DNA of 64,000 nt from Eledone cirrhosa. Taxonomy: Eukaryota. Every line of letters starts with the position of its first letter. The first letter of the stretch is position 1. The notes under the pieces were generated by a model. The model did not search any database. It had not been told where the DNA came from and worked only from the letters and a program-made list of their open reading frames with translations. The position numbers and the translations under genes were made by a program. Shown piece by piece: positions 43,285 to 56,271 of the stretch. The stretch covers positions 198,400,001 to 198,464,000 of the forward strand of contig OZ024743.1 of assembly GCA_964016885.1 (NCBI GenBank), in the 5' to 3' direction.

Positions 43285-43920
43285 CAGAGGGTGTAACTTG
43301 GAGTTACTGCAGGTTCACCCGGGAGAGCACTCGATGTTTAGGTTCACTACTGTGATGAGGTGTAGAGCTATACAGAGTGTAATATATTGAAAGGATAACA
43401 AAGACGATTGGTTACTCCTTCATTACATTTATTTGTAGGTGACGCGCATTTCGCCACTGATCAGCTCAAGGTTCGATCTGTATCGAACCTACCCGACTCA
43501 ATGATCGGCAGCTTGACGCACCCTTTAAAATGCTATAAGAAAATGAAATACATGCTATGTGGTAAAGACAGAAGTTCAAGAGTTTGACAATATGAGTTGT
43601 TTTGATTGGTGGGAAGGATCAGAGGGATGTACTGGCCTGTAGTGTATGTGGGGGTGGATGTGATGATGAGATGTTGGTGACGGTTGCTGGCTGCGATGGG
43701 CTGTGGTGTGGTGGTGGCGGATTGTCTTTGGTCTGTAGTGTATGTAGGGGTGGATGTGATGATAAGATGGTGGTGACGGTCGCTTACTGGGATGGGCTGT
43801 GGTGTAGGTGTAGTGGGTTGTCGGTAGACGGGTTGGAGTGTGTGGGGTATGGTTGTTTATGGTAGTGTGGTTTGTGGTGGTGTTGTAAGTGTGTGGGTGG
43901 TGTCGAGTCCATGGGGAGAT
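43285..43920 (-). mobile_element. PLE 3' end (tail, degenerate hammerhead fold at 43437-43525, GT-rich UTR)
   Basis: Homologous to 4719-4920. Contains an ~85-bp internal direct repeat (43636-43715 and 43733-43815). Confidence 0.65.
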
Positions 43921-44305
43921 ACATATCTAGACATTCTTAGTCTGACAAATACGTTGTATATAAATATACATGCGCATATATACTGATATATATATACATA
44001 CGTACACACTTATATACACACACATACACGCGCCCACATAGATCCACACATACATATATCTATATGCATATATACACACATGTAAGGGCATGCGCGCGTG
44101 TGGATATATATATAGAGAGTGGGGGAGTATCAGTGGGGGTGGTGTAGAACAAAGATAGAGGGAAGGTGAGAGCCAATGGAGATGATGTTGTACATATAGA
44201 CATACACCTACATACACACATACGGATATGCACACATACACGTACACGCACGTATACATAAACATACACATACACACACATACATACATACATATATACA
44301 CACAC

Positions 44306-44392
<87 letters not shown>

Positions 44393-44417
44393 AATGTAAG
44401 TATGCATGTATACGTAC

Positions 44418-44623
44418 ATGGTGGCTGCCAACTCGTTTTCGAGTACGGCCACTACTTTATATCCATGTAGGAGAAACCCTACCGATGCGCTGAACGAGTG
44501 TGACTTTTTAGTCCAGCCAGCGACTTGAAAACTCTGGTACAAACACTACACTTGTGACAATTACTGACACAGTGCTGGGCCCATGGTACCATGTGACGAC
44601 AATTGCAGATAGATCTCCAGATA
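44418..44623 (-). mobile_element. RTE-type LINE 3' end fragment (C2H2 zinc finger + 3' UTR)
   Basis: [24 protein letters not shown]. Near-identical to 44984-45190. Confidence 0.75.
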
Positions 44624-44983
44624 TACATACATACATACACACACAGACACATATATATACTCGAGAGAATATACATATATATATACAGATACATACACAC
44701 ATATATATATACATATATATAGATATCTATATATACACATATATATATATATATATACAGATATATATATATATATACAGATATAGATACCCACACATAC
44801 ACACACATATATATATACACAGATATAGATATCTATATATACAGATATATATATATACAGATATATATATATACAGATATATATATATACAGATACATAT
44901 ATATACAGATATATACATATATACAGATTTATATATATATACAGATTATATATATATACATACAGATATACATATATATATAT

Positions 44984-45595
44984 ATGGTGGCTGCCAACTC
45001 GTTTTCGAGTACGGCCACTACTTTATATCCATGTAGGAGAACCCCTGCTGATGCGCTGAACGAGTGTGACTTTCTAGTCCAGCCAGCGACTTGAAAGCTC
45101 TGGTACAAACACTACACTTGTGACAATTATTGACACATAGTGCTGGGCCCATGGTACCATGTGACGACAAATGCAGAGAGATCTCCAGATATAAAGCAAT
45201 GCCTGTGCCGTGAAGCTTTTATAGTGAGCAAAGGCACTGCACAAAGCCAGTCCCACTCTCTTCACCAAGATGATATTTACCAAAAAGAAGAACAAGTCAA
45301 CATCATTGGATACCATCAGGGTTGCAGGTGTTATATCAGAGTTTTCCTTCTCCTAGAATTCTGCCTTGACAAAGGCTAAGGGGTCATCTCTCCCGGTGAT
45401 TTTGGATGGCCATTGACTCTTAAGAGCTCCTTTGCCTTTTGACAGGTTTTGTTTTTAGTCCTGCAGGATGTCCAAAGTCACCCTCCTCACCAAGAAACCT
45501 TGGTGGGGTTGCCAGTTTAGTCGCCAACGACCCGACCATGGGACAGGTTGTACTGGGATACATGTTACCAGTAGCACCAACTGGTGACCTGACAT
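44984..45595 (-). mobile_element. ~610-bp non-autonomous bipartite RTE derivative (5' UTR fused to 3' end)
   Basis: RTE 5' UTR hallmark TCTAGGAGAAGGAAAACTCTG (45337-45357, reverse complement; motif from recall), plus the zinc-finger 3' end. No RT in between. Confidence 0.7.
45512..45589 (-). ncRNA. Candidate HDV-like ribozyme at the RTE 5' end
   Basis: Minus strand: GGTCA (P1)..CCAGT (P2)..TGGTC (P1')-GG-TCG ttgg CGA (P4)-CTAA (J4/2)-ACTGG (P2'). The P3/L3 assignment is ambiguous. Confidence 0.5.
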
Positions 45596-45959
45596 AGTAT
45601 ACGTACATACATATATGTATACAGACGTACAGTAGCATGCACATATATATATATATATACATATATATATACATATGCATACAGGTACACATACATATAT
45701 GCACGTATCAGTTTAGCGGCGCTAACGTCGCTTTGTTCGTTTGTAAACAAACTGAACAGCCTGAATTTATGCCATACGGTGTTAAGGCAACCACGTCACC
45801 TTTTTGTTCAACACTGACACTTAAGTAAGTGCCATTTAAGTAAGTGCCATACTAAGAGTGAGAAATGAAATTTCGTTTTCATTTTGTTTCAATTTATATA
45901 TACATACATATCCATATACGTATACGCACATTAAAATTACTTACACACAGACACACACA

Positions 45960-48759
45960 CTTGCGTTGGTTCGAGAAGGAAGGTCTGTGTTGGCGGTGTT
46001 GATGAAGTTAATGGATGTTGAGATATGGAGTTGTGTCTTGTGGTGGCGGTGGTGTAGTTGTGAGCGACAAAAATATACAAGATCAAATGATACGATGGGT
46101 TACATGTTAAAAGGTGACATAGGGAACGCGGGGAAAAAAAAAGTTTATGGACGTATAGCGATGTCATGGTGGTCATGGTGGTGGTGGTGGTGATGGGGTG
46201 ATATGTTCGACAAAATGATTACATGATCAGATGTTACGGTGGGTTACAGGGTAAGGCAGACGGAGGGCGGATATAACACAGTCGATCTGGGAGTGAGGCA
46301 TGATATGTGTTGATGATGTTAATGATTGTTGAAGTATGTGGATGTATCTAGTGGTGGCGGTGGTGGTATGTACGACAGAACATTTACAGGGTCGAATTTA
46401 GCGTGGGGTTGTAGGTTACGGTAGACAGATTAAGCATGGGGCAATAAGGTTGCGGGTGTGGATGGTAGACATATGACGATGTGTGCTGTGGTGCTGGTGG
46501 CGATGATGTGATATGATCGACATTATATTTACAGGATCATATGTTACTATGGTTTTCAAGGTAAAACCTGATAGAGAGGACAGATAGAACACAATGTTGC
46601 AAGGATGAGGGGGGTATGGCGATGTGATTTTTGGTGGGGGTGATGTATGCGGCATGATTTACAAAATACGGGCTTACAAATGGTTACATGCAATACAATA
46701 AAATAAATTCACTGAGATGGGCGATAGTGAGACGGGGCAGAAGTGGTTATTATTGTGCTGGGTCGTGGTTAGTGGCGGCCCTCCCCGGAATGTTTGTGCG
46801 GAAAATGTGTTCAGCCTGGTGTGTCTGCAATTGACAATTATGTCCGACCTATAGTTTATGGCAGATTTTAATTTAATTATTTCTGCCACCTCAGCCAGGC
46901 ATAACCTGCAGTGGTTTCTGTCACTGGGGAGTTGTGCCACGCGTCTTTTCACTGACCACGAGATCTGGGGTTCGATGTTCCTGTCCTTGAGGTCCCAGAT
47001 CAAATCGGCCAGTCTGGTTTGGGATCGTTTCAGCCTATGTTTAAAGGAGTTACTATGGTTATACCAGCGCTCCTTAAACGTAGTGGATGTCGCACCTATA
47101 TATGAGTACTCTTTATTGTCGGCTGTGACATCACACCGGTAAACAATGTTTTTAACGAGGCACTCCCCGTTTAGTGGGCATTCGGCCCGTTTTTTGCAGT
47201 TGCAGTTGGGTGTAACCGGTGTGGTGGCACGTTGACGGTTGGTGGCATGCGGTGTTGTATGTGGGTTGTTGTGTTGTGTGTGTGGTTTCGTTCTGGGTTG
47301 TGGTGGTGGTTTGTTGTGGGGCAACCATGTGTTTTCGTATTTTTATCCTATTAGTGTGTGCTATTGTGTGGCCTAGATTTGGTGCTTTGGAGAAAGAGAA
47401 TTTTACAGTGTGTCTATTGAAGAGCTTGTGGTATTTATGTGTGCGTGGAAAAAATTGTCCGAGAGACCTCAAGAAGGTTCCCGGTATATTGGTGGCGACG
47501 TGTATAGAATACGGGGCGCTGTACCATGTGACAGGTCTACTTCGGGTTCTGCGGTGTTTAGTGAGGTTTTTGTGGTTGGGTGGTAGTTTGGGTGCGTTTT
47601 GGTCAGGCGTATGTATCATAGGGGTTCCAAGTAATCTATTGACGTTATGTCTTTTGTCTCTATTGCTACGCAAACGTGTGCGATAGTCGGAGTCCTTATT
47701 GGGGTTGGAGAGTAGGGCTTTATCTCCTTGACAGCTGTGTGTGACGCTGGTTGCCCTGCCGGCTACGGAGGGTCTTAGGTTATTATTTGTCCTAGGTGTG
47801 GTGACTTCTTCTATGTTCGCTTCTAAGGGTCCGGTTATGTTTAGCGGCGTTACGATTCTAGTTGGGTCGATGTAAGAGATCTTCTCAATGAAACCAGCGT
47901 TTACAAGTGCGGAGTTGTAGTATTCCGCGTGCTGGTTGAAGATATTTCTATTAGCCGACAGGGTGGACACTCTATTGGAGACGCTTTTAACTATTGAGTT
48001 AATTATGCTCCTAGGGTGGTTGGAGTGTCTGTTTTGATTAGGTTTGTGGTATGGACGGTAGAGGCCTGAGTCTAATTCTAGGGTGACATCTAAAAAGTTT
48101 ACTGTCCTATTGTTAGGTTCAATTTCTACCGCTAATCCTTGGGTCTTAAAGATGTATCTAAGTCGTTTGTGTAGTCTATCTAATTGTCTATTATTGAGTC
48201 CACGGGTCATTGGTAGGGCATCGTCACGGTATAAGCCCAAGGAGGGGATCTCGTCTGTTAATATATTTAGGAGGTATATGTCTACTATATCTGTAACCTG
48301 TGCGGAGTCAGTCGATCGCATGGTAATGTCGAAGCTATCTGGTCTATCCTGTCGCTCCCACAATCTACCGTCAAATTCTAGTAAAGTTTTCCTTTCTAGT
48401 GAGGCTTGATCTGTTCATGGCTGAGATAAGTGCCTTGTTAAGGATGATTGAGGATATAGATGCGTAGTAGTTCGTAATGTCCAATTGGACTAATCGAACA
48501 TTCGACTTAGTTTCAATGCCACAAACCCAGTCGATTACCTCCTTTGTACAAGACCATTGGCTGAGTTTAGTTCTATTTCTAAGTTCAGGTATAATTCGGT
48601 CAATGATTGATTTGCTAAGTCTACCTAGGTCCTATTTAGACGGGGCTATGAGCCTGACCGGTAGTTTTGATTGGAAGTCCGGTTTATGGTCTTTAATAGA
48701 TAGTCTCGTTGTCCTAGGGTTGTAGGGATGAGTCCTGTCGTTAATACTCAGTTCGGTTA

Positions 48760-48760
<1 letters not shown>
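45960..48760 (-). mobile_element. Penelope-like retroelement, longest copy (RT + GIY-YIG, Nematis-like), 5'-truncated
   Basis: SIKDHKPDF..VRLIAPSK, LDITNYYASIS, FDITMRSTDSAQV, GLYRDD, VNFLDVTL, HSNHP, CNCKK..CPLNGECL, IVY..YIGATSTTFKERWYNH, CRLCLAE, CRH. GT-rich 3' UTR. Confidence 0.93.
46674..48730 (-). pseudogene. PLE reverse transcriptase / GIY-YIG endonuclease polyprotein, disrupted
   Basis: ORFs 47152-48363 (RT palm/thumb, YRDD) and 46674-47324 (endonuclease) are in different frames. There are further stops and deletions upstream. Confidence 0.93.
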
Positions 48761-48798
<38 letters not shown>

Positions 48799-50426
48799 GC
48801 ACCTGTATATATATTGGTGCTGATGTATACTGACTAAAATACACATTAGACTTTAAGTTTAAATTGTGAAATCTGTGTCGTAGTTGGGTGGAGAATATCT
48901 ATAACCTAGCGGCAATTGTTTACAACTCTCAAAGAAATGAAATTATTCATTGCACGCTCGTGTTTGCTTGTCTGTGTAGATGTGTGCGTGTATGTGTTGC
49001 AAGCTTATCTATGTGTCCGTGTGTGTTTGTCTATGCCTTCCTGCGTGCATGCATGTATGTGTATATATATTTGCGTGTGTACGTGAGTGAAAATATAACA
49101 GATTAATAGTCATTTACTAATGCATTGCTCGGTGCTGTGAATAGCAATCTATCCTGCAGCATGTGAATCATTCTCTCAACATCCGTCGTATTACGATTTA
49201 TTTATCCATGCAAGCATAGAATTACATAACCCAGTATGTCAAACGTTTTTAGATACGAAAGATATACGGAGAAACATATAATCAGATTACAATGATTCTG
49301 GTCTCCATCTTGGTTTGCCGTAAATGTCCTCTTGTTCTACACATCAAGATTAGATATTCACATCTGTACATGAACAGTGCACTGCTTTTGTTATTTGACT
49401 CGCAGAACAGTATCAAATATGTTATGTTTACATTAGAAAATTTATTGGCGTGTTATTAATGTTATTGTTGTTGCATTTATAATTGAATTCGAAGTTGTCC
49501 TTATTCTTTATTTTTGAAGATTACTTGTTGATAATAACGTTTTTTTTTTTTTTTTGTTATTGTTGTAGTATTTTATCAACTGATGGAGCAGACCTATGAT
49601 TAAAGACAACACACACAACCTTGGACATCAATTCTATTTTTCTTCAGATGTAACGTATTTACATTTACATTATCAGATATGTTCTTTGTTTTAAGTCGGT
49701 AGATGTGGTTTGAAATATATCAAGGTGCTATTTCTAGAAGGTCGAGCAACCACATAATGGCTTCGCATTTTGATTCACTGTCTTTGATTGTGCTACCATT
49801 GTTGATAGTGTAGATGTCATAACTTACAGCTTTTACTAGATAATTGTCGCCACTACTGATATCGGTATTGTTGATTGGTTCATGCTGCTTTTCTGCCATC
49901 TGTTATTTTTACTGATGATGTAGAGGAGGGGAAGAAAAGGAATATAACTCTGTTGCATGTTTACTGCTTCACATTGTAAAACATACTTCACCACTTTAGA
50001 AGGAAACTTGTAACTTGAGAAGGTATTTTAAGCTGATTCATAATGAGAAAAGAATCTATCCTATGCACTGTTATGAGGCTACAGAGTGCAGAGAAAATTT
50101 CGTTTCTATTTACCCATGTGCTACATATGAAACAATACAAATTAGATAACAAGAAAAGAGCATAACACCAGTGCCAAGACAAAAAAGAAAGCAATATATT
50201 CAGATACATACAGCGTGAGAATGAGGGAAAACAGCATGGATGATATTCATTTGTTTGATTAAATGTATAAATATATGTGAACAAATAGAAAGACATGCAT
50301 TCGCAAGATTATATATACACATATATTTATGCACGTGTGTGTGTGTATGTATTTACATTTGTAAATGTAAACGAGAACATATATGTGTACACCCATCCAC
50401 CCACATACATGTGTATATACACTTAT

Positions 50427-50462
<36 letters not shown>

Positions 50463-51639
50463 AATGTCTGTGGTATTATGAAGACTGGGGAGACTACAAA
50501 TCAGAGTAGTACTTGATACATGCTATCATGGTATGATGCAGAATGGGTATTTTAGAGAGGTAGAGGCTTGAACCTCTACCTCACTAATATATATATATAT
50601 ATGTGTGTGGGTGTGTGGGTGTGTATGCACATGTGTATGTGTATTTGCGTGTGCATACTTACATTCATATATATGAACGAATGAGCGGAAGAGGGAGCAC
50701 TGTTTGTAGTGATGATGTGTATGTTCAGGGAAGTTTGGTCTAATAGACATAAAACCACAGGCCATAGGGTCTTGACCCCCTTAACTTTTATCTATTCTTC
50801 TTCAGCCATAATGTAGTGGTAGACGATATTATCGAGTGTATCTTGCCTATATCCTATTGACCATAGTTTAAGGAGACATTTGCTGTGATGATAATAACGG
50901 CGATGGAGCTGAATATTATATCGTGTATAGTTACTAAAACATTTACTAAACAAAGAGTATCTCGTTTAGTCATTTGATAATCCCTGATTGAGATGAACTA
51001 TATAGTTTAATACATCAAACTTTGTATTATACCTATTTAAAAACCGTATCTAGATTAACATTATTCAATAGAGACGCTCCTTTTTAAGATAGTAAGGTTA
51101 TATTTGACTAAGATATTGCTGTCATTTCTAGCAATTTGAGCGACCATATAGAGACTCCACAGTTGGCTCAAGGTTTGTACAATTGATATTTTTATTCCGC
51201 ATTCAGCCCTGATTGAGCAGAAAAGTAATAGGTGCATTCCAGCCGTGAAAACCAGTTTTCGTTCTATGAAAAGCAACCCTGGTTCATAGTACCCAGATTG
51301 TCCTTTTCTAAGACTATGGCGTGAGATTTGAGAGAGATTAGGCAGCTATTTCTAGCATGTCGAGTTATTGCCAACAGACTTTGTCGCCGTTTGAAGTTTT
51401 GTAGAGTGTTTTGTGATGTTGTAAACTTGCTGTTGTTGTTGCTGATTGTTTTATGTATACCCTGATCAGCTCAGATTTGACAGACATTACCAACTGCACG
51501 TACATTACCGGTAAACGATCAACCGTGACCGCCAAATTTAATCCAGGCATGTGAGAATAATAGTCAACAATCTGACGTGTAGTGGTTGATAGAATATATT
51601 ACATTATGACTGATTATCTGTATGTAGCGGGATTCTTAT

Positions 51640-51826
51640 ATAATTGTTTCTACTTTTGGCACAAGGCCAGCAATTACCCAGTACATTGCTGGCAGTTTAT
51701 TTTATCGACCCCGTAAGGAGAAGGGCAAAGTTAACCCCGACGGGATTTGAACTCAGACTCTAAAGGGAGGTAACTATGCTGGAAAGCATGGCGTCAGACC
51801 ACCCATACTGCCAATTCACCGCCCTT
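51640..51826 (-). mobile_element. tRNA-derived SINE family A
   Basis: Reverse complement of the reference copy. Confidence 0.9.
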
Positions 51827-52860
51827 ATGTAATGCAGTACAGTGTGACGATATTTAGCATAGTGTAGTTTCCTATTTAATACATACAGCACAATAAACTT
51901 GATTGAAAGTAAAATATGTCATCTTGAAATTACCTTTTTTCCGATATTGAACAGCGTTACACCCGTAGAAAATATCGTAAAATGAACAGTAATTTCTGAT
52001 GAACCACGTTTACCACGCATTTTCAATTTCCGATTGCTATTATTTCACTTCACTAACCGCTCATCTTTCTCCTCATAACTCTCTCACTCCTCCGATTACA
52101 ATGTAACACTAATCAGCTTCAATTGATTTATTGTTAATTGTGTGTTTATTCTCATTGTATTTATTAGCGTTGATGAAGTCAATAGAGTTATTTGTGTATT
52201 TGTTTATCGCTTACGCTGCTGGTGATAGATAAAGGTAAAGACTTGGCACTTTAACATCCGTCACATCAAATTGGATTAGACTTTCGTTAGTTGTGGAATG
52301 ATTTGTGTTCCTTGTACAGCAAAATGAAGGTGGTGTAGGAAATAAGGGAAGGAAGAACTAAAACAACTCGCATTTTATTCTATTTAGTTTCCTATGAAAT
52401 TGCTTTGTTTAAAAGATAAAAGCGAACGAAATTGTATTATTTGAATATATTTTTTGGTTATTTTGTTTTATTGAAAAACATCTTCATTGGAATGCTTTTG
52501 TAAAATCCCATTGTTTGTTATTTTATGGAGAACACGTTTTATATAGCAATTATATTTATTATCTAATCTAGAGTCAATCAATATTGTCAATTTTCAACAT
52601 AATTGGTTATTGGTTTTATTGATTCTCTACTTTACAACAGCGTTATTGTTACTGTTCAAGGGGAAGAGTAAAGAGATAATAATTAGCTTACAAAGCGGTT
52701 TCATTGTTCTGTGTCAAATAATAGGTCTTAGGTGAAAAGGAACATCCTTGTGAACATTAGAAGATATCAAGTGTTTATTTATTGAAGAACATCATAAAGA
52801 AAACTTCAACTAATGATAATTATTGTCACCTTTTAACTGTTACGATTTTGTTTTATTTAT

Positions 52861-52919
<59 letters not shown>

Positions 52920-53012
52920 GAATAATCGAGTATCGGAAAATCAGCTCACGAATTTACGATAAACAAATCCGACATGAGTGGCAGAGGGCTCAATAAATCA
53001 GATAAATCAGAG

Positions 53013-53191
<179 letters not shown>

Positions 53192-53272
53192 CGTGTGGGT
53201 GAGTGTATGTGTGTGTGTGTTTGTGTGTGCATGTATGCACACACACACACACAGACACATACACACACACAC

Positions 53273-53317
<45 letters not shown>

Positions 53318-55194
53318 CTTTGTCGCTCAAATTACATTGACTTATTACGTAAGTATATATCCACAGTACCACAAAAGTAAAGCACGGGACTCTAAGACAA
53401 TCATGATTTTCTCGTCGGTATTACCATCTTAATACCGATGAAATCGCTAACGGACAAGCCCTGGTGGTGTCGCTCAGGCATGCTAGTAATAGAAGCAACA
53501 TTCACTCAAATCTCAAACAAATAAAGACCACATTACTCAACATGATGTTTGATTTACATTCAGGCATTCTGGTCATGTTTTAAATAATCAAAGCTGGCCT
53601 ACGTCTAAATAAGTAAAATACTTTAACCTCCCTCGATATGCTCGCTTGTTATACTAGAAATAGGAACCAAAATCTGCTTCACATCGCATAGTTCGGCCTT
53701 AATTAAAGGGAGGAAATATTGAATAATGTAATTTTGAATATAGAACACGTAAAAAATACAGAACGGACACAGATGAGACTCCTTTGATCATTAGTTTGCC
53801 TAAACGAGACAGACCTGAGGCTAAACAGCAAAAATAGCACATTTGCTCTATTGTAATTATATGTTTATCATCATGTTCCTAAGAAACCTTTGTTTTAAAT
53901 TCAAATCAAGGGAGCATTTCAGTTTTATTAAGGACTCCCATAAATCACAAGCTAAACAATCATCCTTAATACGAGCATTACTCAAATTGTAAACCTTTAA
54001 TTAACGACAATAAATGAATTTGTTTATTTAATATTGCAATTGAATAAGAATAGTGTCACTCGTCATAGGTTGTCAAATGGCCTACTAGTAATGTATGCAT
54101 TTCTGACACTGAGAGTGAGAGTGGTGTATATGTAATCCAACGAAATATGACCTCATTCGTAAAGCGTTGATGTTGTGTATTTGTCGATGTTTAAATCATT
54201 CACCGATATATATTAATCACACATGACTTATATTATATAAATCAAAAGCATGTTAATTATAGAATAAATGAACCCAATAAAAAACAACATCCTTGTAAAG
54301 CTGGATGTTATGTAAGCAGTACACCAAACCATGAGCTAAATCAATTAATATGCCACAGCGTAACTAAAATTACAAATAACTATTCATGTTAACAGCAAAA
54401 GAAAAAAAGCATGGGCTGTATTTTTGAGTATGGCACCGCATGGTGGCAATGTAAGCTTCTTAAAAACAGTAATAGCAGGTGAAATTGTCTTTGGTGTTAT
54501 ATTAGTGACATTGTTGATTAGCTGCAGTTTGTCACTGTTTGAATACAATTATTATTAATGAAATCCAGTTGTGACTATCCGTTGATATATATATATGCAC
54601 ACACACACACATATATATATATATACAAGTTAATATAAATTAATATATATGATAAACACAAATACCAACATATAACGGCTGTTATTTCTAGCAGCACGAG
54701 TATGAGGTAGCTAGACACTGAAAAACGATGTGCGTTGATCAGTCTTCTTAAATATTTTGAAGTGAAACATACCAATTTTTCAGGGTACTTGCTGATGAGA
54801 TGTGAACTTGGTATTTTTTCACTTTTTCATTTATCGAAACTTATTTGGATTTTAAAGTTTAAACTTATCTACGGAGCAGGTTTGGATTTTGAAATTTAAA
54901 TTTGTCCAAGTACCACGGCCATTTGCCAATATGATTTGTTTTTATTGATTTATTATTTTAAATTGAGACAGGCAAACTGTATTATTATAATTAGTATTTT
55001 TCAATCTAGCTAACTTAGTCATTTACAATACAAACACTTATATGTTGGTATTTGTGTTTATCATATATATTAATTGATATTAACTTGTATTACACTGCTC
55101 AGAAATACTTCTTTCTTTGAGCTATTTCATTGTAAGGGACTGTTTGAGTTTAGAACTCTTTATTCATAGTATATATATATATATAATAAAGAAG

Positions 55195-55356
55195 GAGTGG
55201 TAAGAAACCAGGTGAGCCCTAACGCCCCAGAGTATTCAATACTTAGGGTAGTAGAGTGGAGTAATAGGAAAAGAGTCAGCATCCGATGGCTGAACTCCGG
55301 CCGTTTCGACAGCAAGATCCGGAGCTCAGCCGTAGGGAGCCTGACTCTTTTCCTAT
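55195..55356 (-). mobile_element. Micro PLE-like insertion: tail + fold-back hairpin (55264-55355)
   Basis: ATAGGAAAAGAGTCAG..GGCTGAACTCCGG / CCGGAGCTCAGCC..CTGACTCTTTTCCTAT. The loop contains GAAACGGCCG on the minus strand. The tail is homologous to 56797-56874. Confidence 0.65.
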
Positions 55357-55828
55357 ATATAGATTATAGACAAAATATAGGAATAAGTCGGTTCTAAAAG
55401 CAAAACAAAGATCTGTCGCTAAAATTTGAAGAACAAATGGCGAGTATCACATTGAACATTAGAAAAGTCTTTGCTAAATTTTACTGTTCCGGTTATAGAT
55501 TATATTTGTAAAATGTGTTGTGTGAGCTGGTGAATGTGTTTTTGCAGAAAACCCTAGTTTTCTATAATCAGCATTTTGTAAAATATCCAAGTGCACCTAT
55601 ACTTATTTTAAATTTATATTATTATCTGAGTATATGAGATGAAGGTACCAAAGTTTTTCATAATAACTGTTTATCCCTAATTTTGGAAGAAATGGTCACC
55701 TCGGTACAACATCTGACCTCTAAGAGACTACAGTATATTTCTCACACAACTATATCAAACATACTACTATTGCAGACGTTTTAGGGACACTGTTCCACCA
55801 ATAATCTATGCATTGATATGTATGAATA

Positions 55829-56017
55829 TCTATATATGTAAAACTGAGTGTGTATGTATGTCCGTACCAGCATAACTTCTACAGTTTGCAACCGATTTTC
55901 TTCAAATTTGGAACAAACATGCGGTATGTTCCCAGGAGTGTTTTGGACTCATGAAATTTTCAAGGTTTTGTCTAGTGCGGCTCCTAGATAAATATTGGTT
56001 GGCTGGTTGCACGAAAA

Positions 56018-56089
<72 letters not shown>

Positions 56090-56231
56090 GCATACATATA
56101 CATCTAAAGAGGGAGAGGGAGAAGAAGAGAGATAGTGAGATAGGCCGTTATACAGAGAGAGGTATTCAGATAGTGACAGAGAGAGAATGGTGACGAACCC
56201 TGGTTTACACACACACACACACATATTTATG

Positions 56232-56271
<40 letters not shown>

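Noticed and set aside
47219-48725. Plus-strand ORFs overlapping the PLE, and similar antisense ORFs over the Helitron and other PLEs
   Set aside because: They are antisense shadows of transposon coding sequence with no independent motifs.
46674-48760. Naiad/Chlamys-type or selenocysteine-recoded PLE
   Set aside because: The endonuclease is C-terminal to the RT, and the disruptions are mixed stops and frameshifts, not in-frame TGA at Cys positions.
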